A stretch of 64,000 nt of DNA, from positions 1-64,000 of the IMG/VR virus record IMGVR_UViG_3300044859_001080. One strand, given 5' to 3'. The position numbers and the translations under genes were made by a program. The notes under the pieces were generated by a model. It saw nothing but the letters and a program-made list of their open reading frames with translations, did no database searches and had not been told where the DNA came from. The DNA is from a virus. Shown here one piece after another: positions 20,088-29,978 of the stretch (the stretch's first letter is position 1; each line of letters begins with the position of its first letter).

Positions 20088-23053
20088 TGCCAAAAATAAT
20101 TATAACAGATTCACCTGGTAGTGGGGTTGGAGTTTTTGATAATATTGTTGGACTTCAAGTTACTGAAGGAGGGGGGTTAACGCTTGGAACTTTTGAGTTT
20201 AGGTCATCCATAACAGATGATGCCCCTATTACTTTATATGTTAATTCATTTAGTAATCCAATAACTCTTGAATCTTTAAGTATTGATAATAATAGTAGTT
20301 TTAGGGAATTAGTTTCAAAGGAATTAAATGTTTACCCCAACTATGATTTGACCCAAGTTATGGGGTTTACCTTATATGGATCATTGGCAAAAAGATTTTC
20401 AGTATCTATAACAAAAATAATAAATTATTATCCAGCATCAATTGATATAAATTTATATGATATTAATTTTAGTACAGGATATACAGCAACAAATATTTTA
20501 TATGACCAAGTTTTAAATGAAACTGAATTTGATATAAATATTGAAAAAATATATAACCCATTTGGAATTGATTTTTCTAAAAATGCTGAAACTAATATAA
20601 AATCTAGGGAAATTGCTATTTCAGAATATAGAAATTTATCAAAATTTTATTTGGATTATGATTTGCAATTAAATGGGGTAAATTATCCCTTGTTAAATTT
20701 GGATAAATCAAATAATCTTAATACTGGGGTGTTAAAGATTATTGTTGAAGGTAATCCATTTTCTGGGGGTTCTCAATCAGTTGATTCTTATATCATCAAG
20801 CCAAATGATTATTTGTATAATTTGGTATTAAAAACTGATTTTGATGAGATTGAGCAATATATGCTAAATACCATATCCATACCAAAATATACTATGACTT
20901 TACAAGTCCCAGAAGAAAATATCAATGGGGAATTTTTGGTATATAATAGGGATATTACATTTCCATTAGATGGTATTTGGAATATTGACATTTCAAGTTC
21001 AAGTTTCACCAATTATATAAATGAATTACAAGAAATTGCAGAATACTTTGATAGTGTTAGGACAAATTTAATTTCAAGATTTTTGGTTTCAGACTCTTTG
21101 AAAGAATTTGATACATTTGACAGAAGGGTTGAAAGTGTTTTACAGATATATGGTAGAAGTTTTGATGAAGTTAAGAAGTTTATTGATTCTCTTGCTTTTA
21201 TGAATTCTGTTAATTATACCCCAAAAAATGATATACCATCACAATTATTATCAAATTTGGCAAATACATTAGGTTGGGCAGAGAATTTCCAATTTATAAC
21301 GGATCAGACTTTAGTTGAATCTTTATTTGGAAATAATAGTGATTTTAAATTTCCAGCATATAATCGTTCACAAACTCCATTAGAATTAAACTATTCTTTT
21401 TATAGAAATTTGGTTATAAATTCATTTTACCTTTTCAAATCCAAGGGGACAAGAAAATCCATTGAGTTTATTCTTAAATTATTTGGCATACCAGATGCAT
21501 TAATAGAATTTAATGAACATATTTATTTGGCTGACCAAAAAATAAATTTAGATAAATTTAATTCTGAATTAGTTAAAATTAATACTGGGTCATATATTGA
21601 TAATGATCCAATTGTATTAAGTACAACATATCCACTTTCAGGTAGAACATATAGTGCATTTACAGCAAATACCAGAATTGTAAATACCACTAAAGTTAAT
21701 TACCCCCTTGATGTGACAACAGGTTATCCACAGATAAAAGAAACAGATGATTTTTTCTTTCAGATGGGGGCAGGTTGGTATCAATTAACTCCTGAACATA
21801 GAAGTTTACAAGTTAATACCAGAAGGCAAGTTGGGACTGAAATAACTTATGGGGTTGAATTTGAGAAATTAACGTATGGTGAAAAATATTTGGATAGGTT
21901 AAGGAAATTTCCATACATTGATGAGGGGTTTAGTTTGGAGAAAGTTATTGATAATAAAAAATCTTGGAATAGTTCTAATTTATTATTAAGAAATTCATCT
22001 GATGGGGATTATAATGCTTATTATACTTTACCAGATGAGAGATTATTGTTAAATGTAAAAAATGTTAGTTTATTTTTAAATCCAGCACAAGGATTGCTTT
22101 ATGATATATGGGTTCAATCAAGAGAAAAGGATTACCCAATTCCGCAATCTGGATTAACATATCCTTATCCTACAACTGGGGGAACAGATTCAACCATAAT
22201 TAATCCACAACCAAAATCAAAATCATTTTTTGAATTTGCTCAAACTTTTGCAAATGATATGATTAATGTTAGGAATAGGTTATACATCACAGATGGTAAA
22301 ACCGGGGGATATCCAGTATTACAATCCATATTTTGGAAATATATTGAAGCAAAGATAACTAATAATATTGATACCAATCAATATACTTATGATAAATTAA
22401 TTGAATATGTGAATGGGATTAACCCAAATTGGATTAATCTTGTTGAACAAATGATTCCAGCAACAACATTATGGATGGGGGGTGTTAAATATGAGAATTC
22501 ACCATTTCATAGACAAAAATATGCATATAAAAGATTTAGTATAACTGGAGGAACATCACCACAAGTGATAACAACAGGCAATGGTGTTGTGGTATTTGGT
22601 TTAACATCAATTGCAGATGGAGACGAGTATATCACTTCACCAATATTTAAAGATATATGCGATAAAAATAATATTAATCTTCTAGTTTATCCATCAAAAT
22701 CATTTAATGATATTTTGGGTGATAGTATTTCAGAGGCAAAACTTGATTTTAGTGATACATGTTCTAGTGATAATGTATTGACAACTTGGTATGTTGAAAT
22801 AATATTAAATAATACAATAGTATCCAAAGTTGAGTTTTATAATGGTTTGGGTAGTGATGATGTTCCTACTAGTTCTGCTTGGAATTCAGCAGTTTTAACA
22901 GGATTAGAAGGGGTGACCAAATATGATATAAATTATTCTTTACCAAACAATAACAATGTTACTTTTGTTGATTTTGCTTGCAACAATGAAAATACATATG
23001 ATAGTACATTGGTGATAAACGTTGGTATTGATATAACTTTAATTTGCGAATAA
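20087..23053 (+). CDS. Baseplate protein with P2 gpI / T4 gp7-like motif
   Basis: LLSNLANTLGW ... LFKSKGTRKSIEFILKLFG motif. Confidence 0.65.
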   Translation: MPKIIITDSPGSGVGVFDNIVGLQVTEGGGLTLGTFEFRSSITDDAPITLYVNSFSNPITLESLSIDNNSSFRELVSKELNVYPNYDLTQVMGFTLYGSLAKRFSVSITKIINYYPASIDINLYDINFSTGYTATNILYDQVLNETEFDINIEKIYNPFGIDFSKNAETNIKSREIAISEYRNLSKFYLDYDLQLNGVNYPLLNLDKSNNLNTGVLKIIVEGNPFSGGSQSVDSYIIKPNDYLYNLVLKTDFDEIEQYMLNTISIPKYTMTLQVPEENINGEFLVYNRDITFPLDGIWNIDISSSSFTNYINELQEIAEYFDSVRTNLISRFLVSDSLKEFDTFDRRVESVLQIYGRSFDEVKKFIDSLAFMNSVNYTPKNDIPSQLLSNLANTLGWAENFQFITDQTLVESLFGNNSDFKFPAYNRSQTPLELNYSFYRNLVINSFYLFKSKGTRKSIEFILKLFGIPDALIEFNEHIYLADQKINLDKFNSELVKINTGSYIDNDPIVLSTTYPLSGRTYSAFTANTRIVNTTKVNYPLDVTTGYPQIKETDDFFFQMGAGWYQLTPEHRSLQVNTRRQVGTEITYGVEFEKLTYGEKYLDRLRKFPYIDEGFSLEKVIDNKKSWNSSNLLLRNSSDGDYNAYYTLPDERLLLNVKNVSLFLNPAQGLLYDIWVQSREKDYPIPQSGLTYPYPTTGGTDSTIINPQPKSKSFFEFAQTFANDMINVRNRLYITDGKTGGYPVLQSIFWKYIEAKITNNIDTNQYTYDKLIEYVNGINPNWINLVEQMIPATTLWMGGVKYENSPFHRQKYAYKRFSITGGTSPQVITTGNGVVVFGLTSIADGDEYITSPIFKDICDKNNINLLVYPSKSFNDILGDSISEAKLDFSDTCSSDNVLTTWYVEIILNNTIVSKVEFYNGLGSDDVPTSSAWNSAVLTGLEGVTKYDINYSLPNNNNVTFVDFACNNENTYDSTLVINVGIDITLICE

Positions 23054-25242
23054 TGGCAGCATTTGATTATTTTTTGAGTTTAACAGGCGACTGCACTAAT
23101 ACAAATTCTGGTGCAATACTTCTTGAATTAAGTGGAGGAACGCCACCTTATAGTATTGAATTTATTAATCCATATATTGATAGTACCCCTTATATAACAA
23201 TAACTGAACCAGTATTAATTACAAGTTTATCAGCAACAACTTATGGGGTTAGAGTGAATGATTCAACTGCTCCAGATAATTTAGAATTTTATTTAAATAT
23301 TCCAATATCTAGTGGAGTTTGTACCTCAATATTGTCAACAATCAATTCAACATGTGGGGATTCAAATGGTTCAGTAACTGGAACAACAACATCTCTATTT
23401 TCAACAACAGATTGTTATTTATATACTAGTGGAAATACCTTAATATCAAACAATATTTTTAATTCGGAGGAAATTATTTTTGAAAATTTAAGTGCAGACA
23501 CTTATTATATTTATGTTGAAGATATTGGGGGTTGTACAGCAAAAACAGAAAATTTTATAATAAAAAATTCCACATCATTTGATTATGGTTATTTTATTGT
23601 TAAAAATTCACCTTGCTTTACTGGATCAACAGGTGCAATATACATAACAGGTCAAACAAATCCTGGGCCTTATAGTTATTTTTGGAACAATGGAGCAACT
23701 GGGAATACAATCACAAATTTACCCACAGATTCTTATTCTGTTAGTGTTACAGATGGTCAAGGCTGTGTTAACACCAAAATAATTATAGTTGAAGAGGCAG
23801 AATCTATGGGATTATTACAGATAATTCCCACACAACCATCATGCTTTACTGCAACAGGTTCTTTAGACGTTACCATTAGTGGAGGTACTGCGCCATATTA
23901 TTTTTCAGCAAGTACAGGATTTTATGATATAACATATAGTAATAACATTGTGATTACTGGATTAACATCTGGTACTTATGACATAAGGGTTATAGATGGT
24001 GCATTATGTTCACTTGATATTACAACAAGTTTAGTTAGTGAAAATTCTGTTTCAAGCGTTGAATTTATTGGAACAAATTCATTATGTGGCTCATCTAATG
24101 GGATTATATCAATTAATATATTGGGGGGAACTGGACCATATACTTATGGGTTAATTCAACCAAGTGGGGATACAATAACAAATACCACAACTTCAACAAA
24201 TTATTTATTTACCAATTTAGGAACTGGTACATATACAGTTTATATGCAAGATTCTTCAGGTTGTTACTATGATGAAGAAGTGACAATTATTGCTGAAGAT
24301 AAATTTGAATTAAATTATTCATTAACTGGGACAACTTGTAATTCAAACAATGGTACTCTTTTTGCATATATTACAACAGGGGGCACACCCCCATACGATT
24401 TTTATTTGGATGATGTAAATAGCATTTTAGATACAAATTTAACAGGATATACTTTTACAAATTTAAGAGATGGGAATAAGACTTTAAGAGTTATTGATTC
24501 AACTGGTTGTGAGCAGATAAAAGTATTAACAATACCCACAAGTAATTATTTGGATTTTTCATTATATCCAACATCATGTGTGAATGGTAATGATGGTACA
24601 ATAACAGCTTTGATAACTGATGGGTTGCCACCTTTTACATACACTTGGTCAAGTAATGTATCTGGTAATCCACAATCAATATCAGCAACTGGGTTAACTA
24701 GTGGTGATTATTCATTAACAATTGTGGATAATAATGGTTGTTCATTAACCAGAGATGTAAGTATAAGTTGTTTTAGTACAGTAAAGTCGTATCAAACATA
24801 CATTGTTGATTCAAAAGTATTTGGGATAAATTCAATAAATAAATTTGGATTATTAGATTTCTTGAATGAGGGCTTTAGTGATTTGGTGAATATGGAGTTT
24901 AGTGGATCAACCACTATAATCGATCCAAAATGTAATTTAAACTCAGCAATCTTCACAACAGAATATACGTTAGAACCAAGTGGTATCACAAGTGGAAATA
25001 CATTCTACACAGGATATACAAGAACAGATGTTCCAACAGATTCGGTTTATGCAGAATCCATAGTTGATTTGTTGGCTGGTAATACCCTAAAAGGATTACT
25101 TGGAATCCCAGGAATACAGAGTGTGTCTTATGACTTAATAACAAATACAATAAACATCATAGCAGAACCAGGAGATAGTATAACCTCACAAGTATTAACC
25201 ATAAAATTGAAAATAGATTATGATATATCTTGTAAATTATGA
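23053..25242 (+). CDS. SprB-repeat-containing, Cys-rich virion-associated protein
   Basis: Repeated GG(T)xPYxY...L..G.Y...V.D..GC units (SGGTPPYS, SGGTAPYY, LGGTGPYT, TGGTPPYD, DGLPPFTYTWS); ATG overlaps upstream TAA (TAATG). Confidence 0.75.
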   Translation: MAAFDYFLSLTGDCTNTNSGAILLELSGGTPPYSIEFINPYIDSTPYITITEPVLITSLSATTYGVRVNDSTAPDNLEFYLNIPISSGVCTSILSTINSTCGDSNGSVTGTTTSLFSTTDCYLYTSGNTLISNNIFNSEEIIFENLSADTYYIYVEDIGGCTAKTENFIIKNSTSFDYGYFIVKNSPCFTGSTGAIYITGQTNPGPYSYFWNNGATGNTITNLPTDSYSVSVTDGQGCVNTKIIIVEEAESMGLLQIIPTQPSCFTATGSLDVTISGGTAPYYFSASTGFYDITYSNNIVITGLTSGTYDIRVIDGALCSLDITTSLVSENSVSSVEFIGTNSLCGSSNGIISINILGGTGPYTYGLIQPSGDTITNTTTSTNYLFTNLGTGTYTVYMQDSSGCYYDEEVTIIAEDKFELNYSLTGTTCNSNNGTLFAYITTGGTPPYDFYLDDVNSILDTNLTGYTFTNLRDGNKTLRVIDSTGCEQIKVLTIPTSNYLDFSLYPTSCVNGNDGTITALITDGLPPFTYTWSSNVSGNPQSISATGLTSGDYSLTIVDNNGCSLTRDVSISCFSTVKSYQTYIVDSKVFGINSINKFGLLDFLNEGFSDLVNMEFSGSTTIIDPKCNLNSAIFTTEYTLEPSGITSGNTFYTGYTRTDVPTDSVYAESIVDLLAGNTLKGLLGIPGIQSVSYDLITNTINIIAEPGDSITSQVLTIKLKIDYDISCKL

Positions 25243-25790
25243 CAAACATTATTATTTCAAGTATAAGTGGGGCAACTCCTTTAAATATATATGTATCTGA
25301 TGCATTTGGGGGGAATGAAAACTATCTGGGTCAAGTAACAACATTACCTTTGGTGGTTGATATAACATATGAATTACCTATTATATTTAATTCAGCTCCC
25401 CAAGTTACCATTATTATTGAGGATAGTGAAGGATGCAGAACAACAAAGAAATTAAATTGTTATATTAATTGTGATATTGTTTATAGTATAACTGATATTA
25501 CATCAATTACTCCAACTCCAACTCCAACCCCATCTTCAACTCCAGGGTATATTCCAATTGCCTCATCAAATAATAAAATAACATTAACATCTATAATAGG
25601 AACTCCACCATTTGGTATTTATATATCAGACATAAATAGGAATTATGAAACTTATATTACAACAATAACAAATACTGGAATATTACCACTTACCATTGAT
25701 GTCCCCAATAGATTTTCTGGGTCAAATCAAGTTATTGTTACCATAAAAGATATAAATTCTTGTAGTTATTTTAAAATAATAGATTGTTAA
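25239..25790 (+). CDS. Two-domain beta protein with Pro/Thr linker
   Basis: Two similar ~75 aa domains (ISSISGATPLNIYVSD / LTSIIGTPPFGIYISD) joined by TPTPTPTP. Confidence 0.65.
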   Translation: MTNIIISSISGATPLNIYVSDAFGGNENYLGQVTTLPLVVDITYELPIIFNSAPQVTIIIEDSEGCRTTKKLNCYINCDIVYSITDITSITPTPTPTPSSTPGYIPIASSNNKITLTSIIGTPPFGIYISDINRNYETYITTITNTGILPLTIDVPNRFSGSNQVIVTIKDINSCSYFKIIDC

Positions 25791-27236
25791 ATGGCAACAT
25801 ATAAATTAATTGTAGTAAATATTGATCCAATATGTGAGAATAGCATAGAGAATGAGATAACAGGGGTTACTGCTTGTTCAAGGTATTTCTTACAATTAAA
25901 TCCCTCATCTCACTCAAAAGGTCCATTTAATTTTTATATTGATACAATTGATAGTGAGCCAATATATAGCAATATAACAAGAGAGCAATTTTTGGCTGGA
26001 ATAACTCTTGAGATTTTATGCACAACCCCAACTCCAACACCATCTATAACACCAACCCCAAGTATAACACCATCTATAACACAGACGCCAACAAAGACGC
26101 CAACACAGACGCCAACACCATCTGTAACATCAACAAACACTCCAACACCAACAAATACCCCAACAAAGACAAATACTCCAACACCAACCATAACTCCAAC
26201 AGTTACCCCAACAACACCGGAAGAGTATGAGGCTTATTTATTTATTGAGCCAGTTAGTATGAATGTGGAGTTCAATTCTTGGATGTCATCTGGTGGTAGT
26301 TTATTTAGGGGATTTTCAAATGGTATTGCTCCATCAATAAGTGCAGCAACATTTAATGACCAGATTAATAGGTATATATCCTTTTCAGGTTGGGGAGCAA
26401 ATGCACCACAAGTAAGAACAACAAAGATACGCCAAAATAGTGGTGGATTTGATGAATATGGTAATTTAATTCAAGCTTATTTATTCAAGACGCATGAAGT
26501 TCCAGCATATTTGACAACAGGTTATTCTTGGTATACTTGGGTTATACCAAATATGGACACAAATAGAAATCTTGTTAGCAACATTGGGGTTAATGAATAT
26601 GGGGATTCAACATCATTAGTCCCGGTTAATACAAATTTATTATATGCAGAATTAACGGTAATATATAGTGGCTTCACAATTCCACAAAATTATTATCATA
26701 TATATACAACATTTAGCAATACAAATTTCAGATTAAATAATGATAACAAAATATATTTTAAGGGAAATTCCTTAATACCAGATTTAAATGGTTGCAATTG
26801 TTTTGATGTTTATTTGGATCCGTCAACCCCATCAGTATTATCTTGTTATGATGTTTGTAGGGAGGTTGCAAATACCAGAATATGTGGAAAAACAACAACA
26901 TTTAATGGTGCAAATGGTCAGAAATATTATATTGATTTTCAATCATGTATAAACAATGACGATAGCAGTTGGAATGGGGCAAAGAATTTTAGCATAAACG
27001 GATATTGCTATTCAACTGATTCAGTTGGGGTTATTACTGGTTCAACAATATGCCCATCACCAACTCCAACACCAACAAATACATTAACACCAACACCAAC
27101 TATAACTATGACTCAAACTAAAACCCCTACCCCAACAAGGACAATTACTCCTACTAACACAAAGACGCCAACAAATACAGCAACTCCTACACCAACAAAC
27201 ACATTAACTCCAACACCAACTCCTACACCAATTTAA
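25791..27236 (+). CDS. Structural protein with two Pro/Thr-rich tracts and Cys-rich domain
   Basis: PT tracts at ~26021-26218 and ~27052-27230. Confidence 0.65.
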   Translation: MATYKLIVVNIDPICENSIENEITGVTACSRYFLQLNPSSHSKGPFNFYIDTIDSEPIYSNITREQFLAGITLEILCTTPTPTPSITPTPSITPSITQTPTKTPTQTPTPSVTSTNTPTPTNTPTKTNTPTPTITPTVTPTTPEEYEAYLFIEPVSMNVEFNSWMSSGGSLFRGFSNGIAPSISAATFNDQINRYISFSGWGANAPQVRTTKIRQNSGGFDEYGNLIQAYLFKTHEVPAYLTTGYSWYTWVIPNMDTNRNLVSNIGVNEYGDSTSLVPVNTNLLYAELTVIYSGFTIPQNYYHIYTTFSNTNFRLNNDNKIYFKGNSLIPDLNGCNCFDVYLDPSTPSVLSCYDVCREVANTRICGKTTTFNGANGQKYYIDFQSCINNDDSSWNGAKNFSINGYCYSTDSVGVITGSTICPSPTPTPTNTLTPTPTITMTQTKTPTPTRTITPTNTKTPTNTATPTPTNTLTPTPTPTPI

Positions 27237-27302
27237 TTTCAACACCAACAAATAGAATAACATTTACAACCATTTAAGTTATGGTTAAAATGTAATTTTA
27301 TA

Positions 27303-27310
27303 TATTTATA
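27303..27310 (+). promoter_or_regulatory. TATTTATA putative late promoter
   Basis: 19 nt upstream of ATG 27330. Confidence 0.6.
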
Positions 27311-27329
27311 AAAAATAATAAATTAGTTA

Positions 27330-29837
27330 ATGAGTTTTAATTATAAAAATCCTAAATCATCAGTTGTACTATCTGGGCCAAATTCAGTTAGGACAGATTC
27401 AAATACCGGAAGCAATTTTAGTTCATTCCAAGTTGGTGGTTTTTACGAGGTTTTTAAATTAAGTGATTTAAATTTTAACATACCAAGTGGTGCAACAGGG
27501 ACAATATTATATTCAGGAAATACCATTCCCATTGATTTTAGTTATAATGCACCAAACAATTTTCCAAATGTAGTCAATTTATATTCAGATGGGATTTCTT
27601 CTGGAAGGAGAAAACTTGGTATGATTGCTTATGTTTATGAGAATAATAAGACATATCAATACCAAATACCAAACTATGAAACATTATTTAATAATGCTAT
27701 AAATGTTGGTTCTGTTGTAAATATTGATTTTGGTTATCAGATATATGATAATACAGATGAAGGTAAATTATTGTTAAATGCTTGGACAGGGTCAACCATT
27801 GAAGGCATAAGTGGAGTAACAAGAGGGGATGCAAGATGGGTTGAGTTCAATCCAGAGATTTATATCACAGGTGGAACATATAGTTCAGGAGATACCACAT
27901 TATATTTATATGATAGTTCAGGGAATACAATACCAATATCAGGGTTTAGCATTAGTATTAGTGGGGGAACAACGGGGACATCTGGAACAAGTGGTACATC
28001 TGGTGGTTTAGCAGGAACATCTGGAACAAGTGGCTCATCTGGTGATCCATTAACTGAATTAGAAATAACAGGAGTTCAGAATAATTCTAATAGAACATTT
28101 ACAATATCTGAATCTGTTGATATAAGTAATCATTTATTTTTTTATAATGGGCAATTGCAACAATATGGTGTAGATTATACCATATTATCAGGCACAACTT
28201 TAGTAATTGATAATGCTAATCCGCCACCAACACCAAATTGTATATTAAAGATATATGGTAGTGTTGTTATTGGTTTTAATGGAACATCTGGAACATCTGG
28301 AACAAGTGGTTCAAGTGGTTCATCTGGAACAAGTGGTTCATCTGGTAATCCATTAACTGAATTAGAAATAACAGGAGTTCAGAATAATTCTAATAGAACA
28401 TTTACAATATCTGAATCTGTTGATATAGGTAATCATTTATTTTTTTATAATGGGCAATTGCAACAATATGATGTAGATTATACCATATTGTCAGGTACAA
28501 CTTTAGTAATCAATAATGCTAATCCACCACCAACACCAAATTGTATATTAAAGATATATGGTGGTGTTGTTATTGGTGTTAATGGTACATCAGGTACAAG
28601 TGGGAGTAATGGAACATCTGGAACAAGTGGTTCATCTGGCAGTTCAGGAACATCAGGCACAGAGGGAACAAGTGGTTCATCTGGAAGCAGCGGAACATCA
28701 GGTATAGATGGGACAAGTGGTTCATCTGGAAGCAGCGGAACATCAGGTATAGATGGAACATCAGGCACGTCAGGAACAAGTGGTACGTCAGGTAGTAGTG
28801 GGTTACAAGGTATAAGTGCAGGTCAAGTTTATTATTTCAATGAAAGCCAAAATTCAGATGTTAATGGGTATAAAGCCCTATCAATTACTCCACTTGACAC
28901 ACCACAACAAAGTGTTGTTATATTAGTTCCAGGTAATTCAACAGGGACATTAGTTTCAGATTATATAACGCCTGAATTAGGTTTTTCTGTAATACCAGGT
29001 GGGACACAAAAATTTCATTTACATTTCTTAAAAACAAATCAAAATGATTTGATGGATGTTTATGTTGAGATACAATTGGCTAATTTTAGTGGACAAACAA
29101 TTGGACCAATAATAACATCAAATGTTAGTCTTATAAATTGGTTAGATGGGTCAACACCAGTTGAGGCAAATGTTGATATAACTTTACCAACAACAACAAT
29201 CAATCCAACTAATAGGATGATTGTTAGAATATATCTTAATAATCAACAAGGTTCATCAAAAAATGTTACATATTATACAGAAGGGAATAGTAATTATTCA
29301 TTTGTTTTAACATCTACTGGTGCAATAGGAGGAACAAGTGGTATTTCAGGTTCTAGTGGCTCATCAGGGACAAGTGGTTCATCTGGGAGTAGCGGTACAT
29401 CTGGAACAAGTGGTTCATCTGGAACAAGTGTAGCACTTTATTTACTTGAAGCATATGCAGACGTTGTTTATACTTTACCAGGTAGTTTTACTAATGATAC
29501 TTGTAGATATAGTATTGTGAATAATAGTGTAAATGTATCAAGTGCATGGTTTAATACTTCAACTTATACCTTTACACCACTAAAAGCAGGTTATTGGGAA
29601 ATTGCGGCTAGTTATGATGTCTATAGAAATGGAGAAGCTAATATGGGAATACAAAAAAATGGCAGTACTATAGGAATAGCGGGTTCAATATCTTCAATAA
29701 TACAACAAGTAAGAAAAATTTTATATCTAAATGGCTCAACTGACTATGTAAATATTATTAATAATGGTTCTAATGCAAATGCAAGAACACAAGAAGTAAC
29801 TAGGTCTTGGTTTCAAGCAATATGGTTAGGAGAATAA
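27330..29837 (+). CDS. Tail-fibre-like protein with GTSGSS linkers, duplicated NGQLQ-DY domain and C-terminal C1q-like domain
   Basis: G-X-Y Ser/Thr linkers; two near-identical ~80 aa domains; FNTSTYTFTP..AGYW...YLNGSTDYV...SWFQA C1q/TNF-like end. Confidence 0.7.
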   Translation: MSFNYKNPKSSVVLSGPNSVRTDSNTGSNFSSFQVGGFYEVFKLSDLNFNIPSGATGTILYSGNTIPIDFSYNAPNNFPNVVNLYSDGISSGRRKLGMIAYVYENNKTYQYQIPNYETLFNNAINVGSVVNIDFGYQIYDNTDEGKLLLNAWTGSTIEGISGVTRGDARWVEFNPEIYITGGTYSSGDTTLYLYDSSGNTIPISGFSISISGGTTGTSGTSGTSGGLAGTSGTSGSSGDPLTELEITGVQNNSNRTFTISESVDISNHLFFYNGQLQQYGVDYTILSGTTLVIDNANPPPTPNCILKIYGSVVIGFNGTSGTSGTSGSSGSSGTSGSSGNPLTELEITGVQNNSNRTFTISESVDIGNHLFFYNGQLQQYDVDYTILSGTTLVINNANPPPTPNCILKIYGGVVIGVNGTSGTSGSNGTSGTSGSSGSSGTSGTEGTSGSSGSSGTSGIDGTSGSSGSSGTSGIDGTSGTSGTSGTSGSSGLQGISAGQVYYFNESQNSDVNGYKALSITPLDTPQQSVVILVPGNSTGTLVSDYITPELGFSVIPGGTQKFHLHFLKTNQNDLMDVYVEIQLANFSGQTIGPIITSNVSLINWLDGSTPVEANVDITLPTTTINPTNRMIVRIYLNNQQGSSKNVTYYTEGNSNYSFVLTSTGAIGGTSGISGSSGSSGTSGSSGSSGTSGTSGSSGTSVALYLLEAYADVVYTLPGSFTNDTCRYSIVNNSVNVSSAWFNTSTYTFTPLKAGYWEIAASYDVYRNGEANMGIQKNGSTIGIAGSISSIIQQVRKILYLNGSTDYVNIINNGSNANARTQEVTRSWFQAIWLGE
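28018..28586 (+). repeat. Direct repeat, 303-bp period (28018-28283 and 28321-28586)
   Basis: Near-identical DNA encoding PLTELEITGVQNNSNRTFTISESVDI...CILKIYG twice. Confidence 0.9.
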
Positions 29838-29949
29838 TATTTAAAGATATAGAATACTATTTTTTATAAAGTAAGTGTTTTAGTATATATGTTTTTTTTA
29901 TAAAGTATATAATAATTTTATATTTTAGGTTTTTTTTAAAACCTTAAAG

Positions 29950-29956
29950 TATTTAT
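29950..29956 (+). promoter_or_regulatory. TATTTAT putative late promoter
   Basis: 22 nt upstream of ATG 29979. Confidence 0.5.
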
Positions 29957-29978
29957 GTATAAGTAAAAAAATAATAAT

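Noticed and set aside
16241-26230. Val/Gly-rich minus-strand ORFs (16241-16495, 25934-26191)
   Set aside because: Antisense shadows of Pro/Thr repeats.
29838-29978. AT-rich intergenic region with weak hairpin (AGGTTTT/AAAACCT) and duplicated TTTTTATAAAGTA as origin or ncRNA
   Set aside because: Too short and AT-biased to distinguish from chance; could be a weak terminator only.
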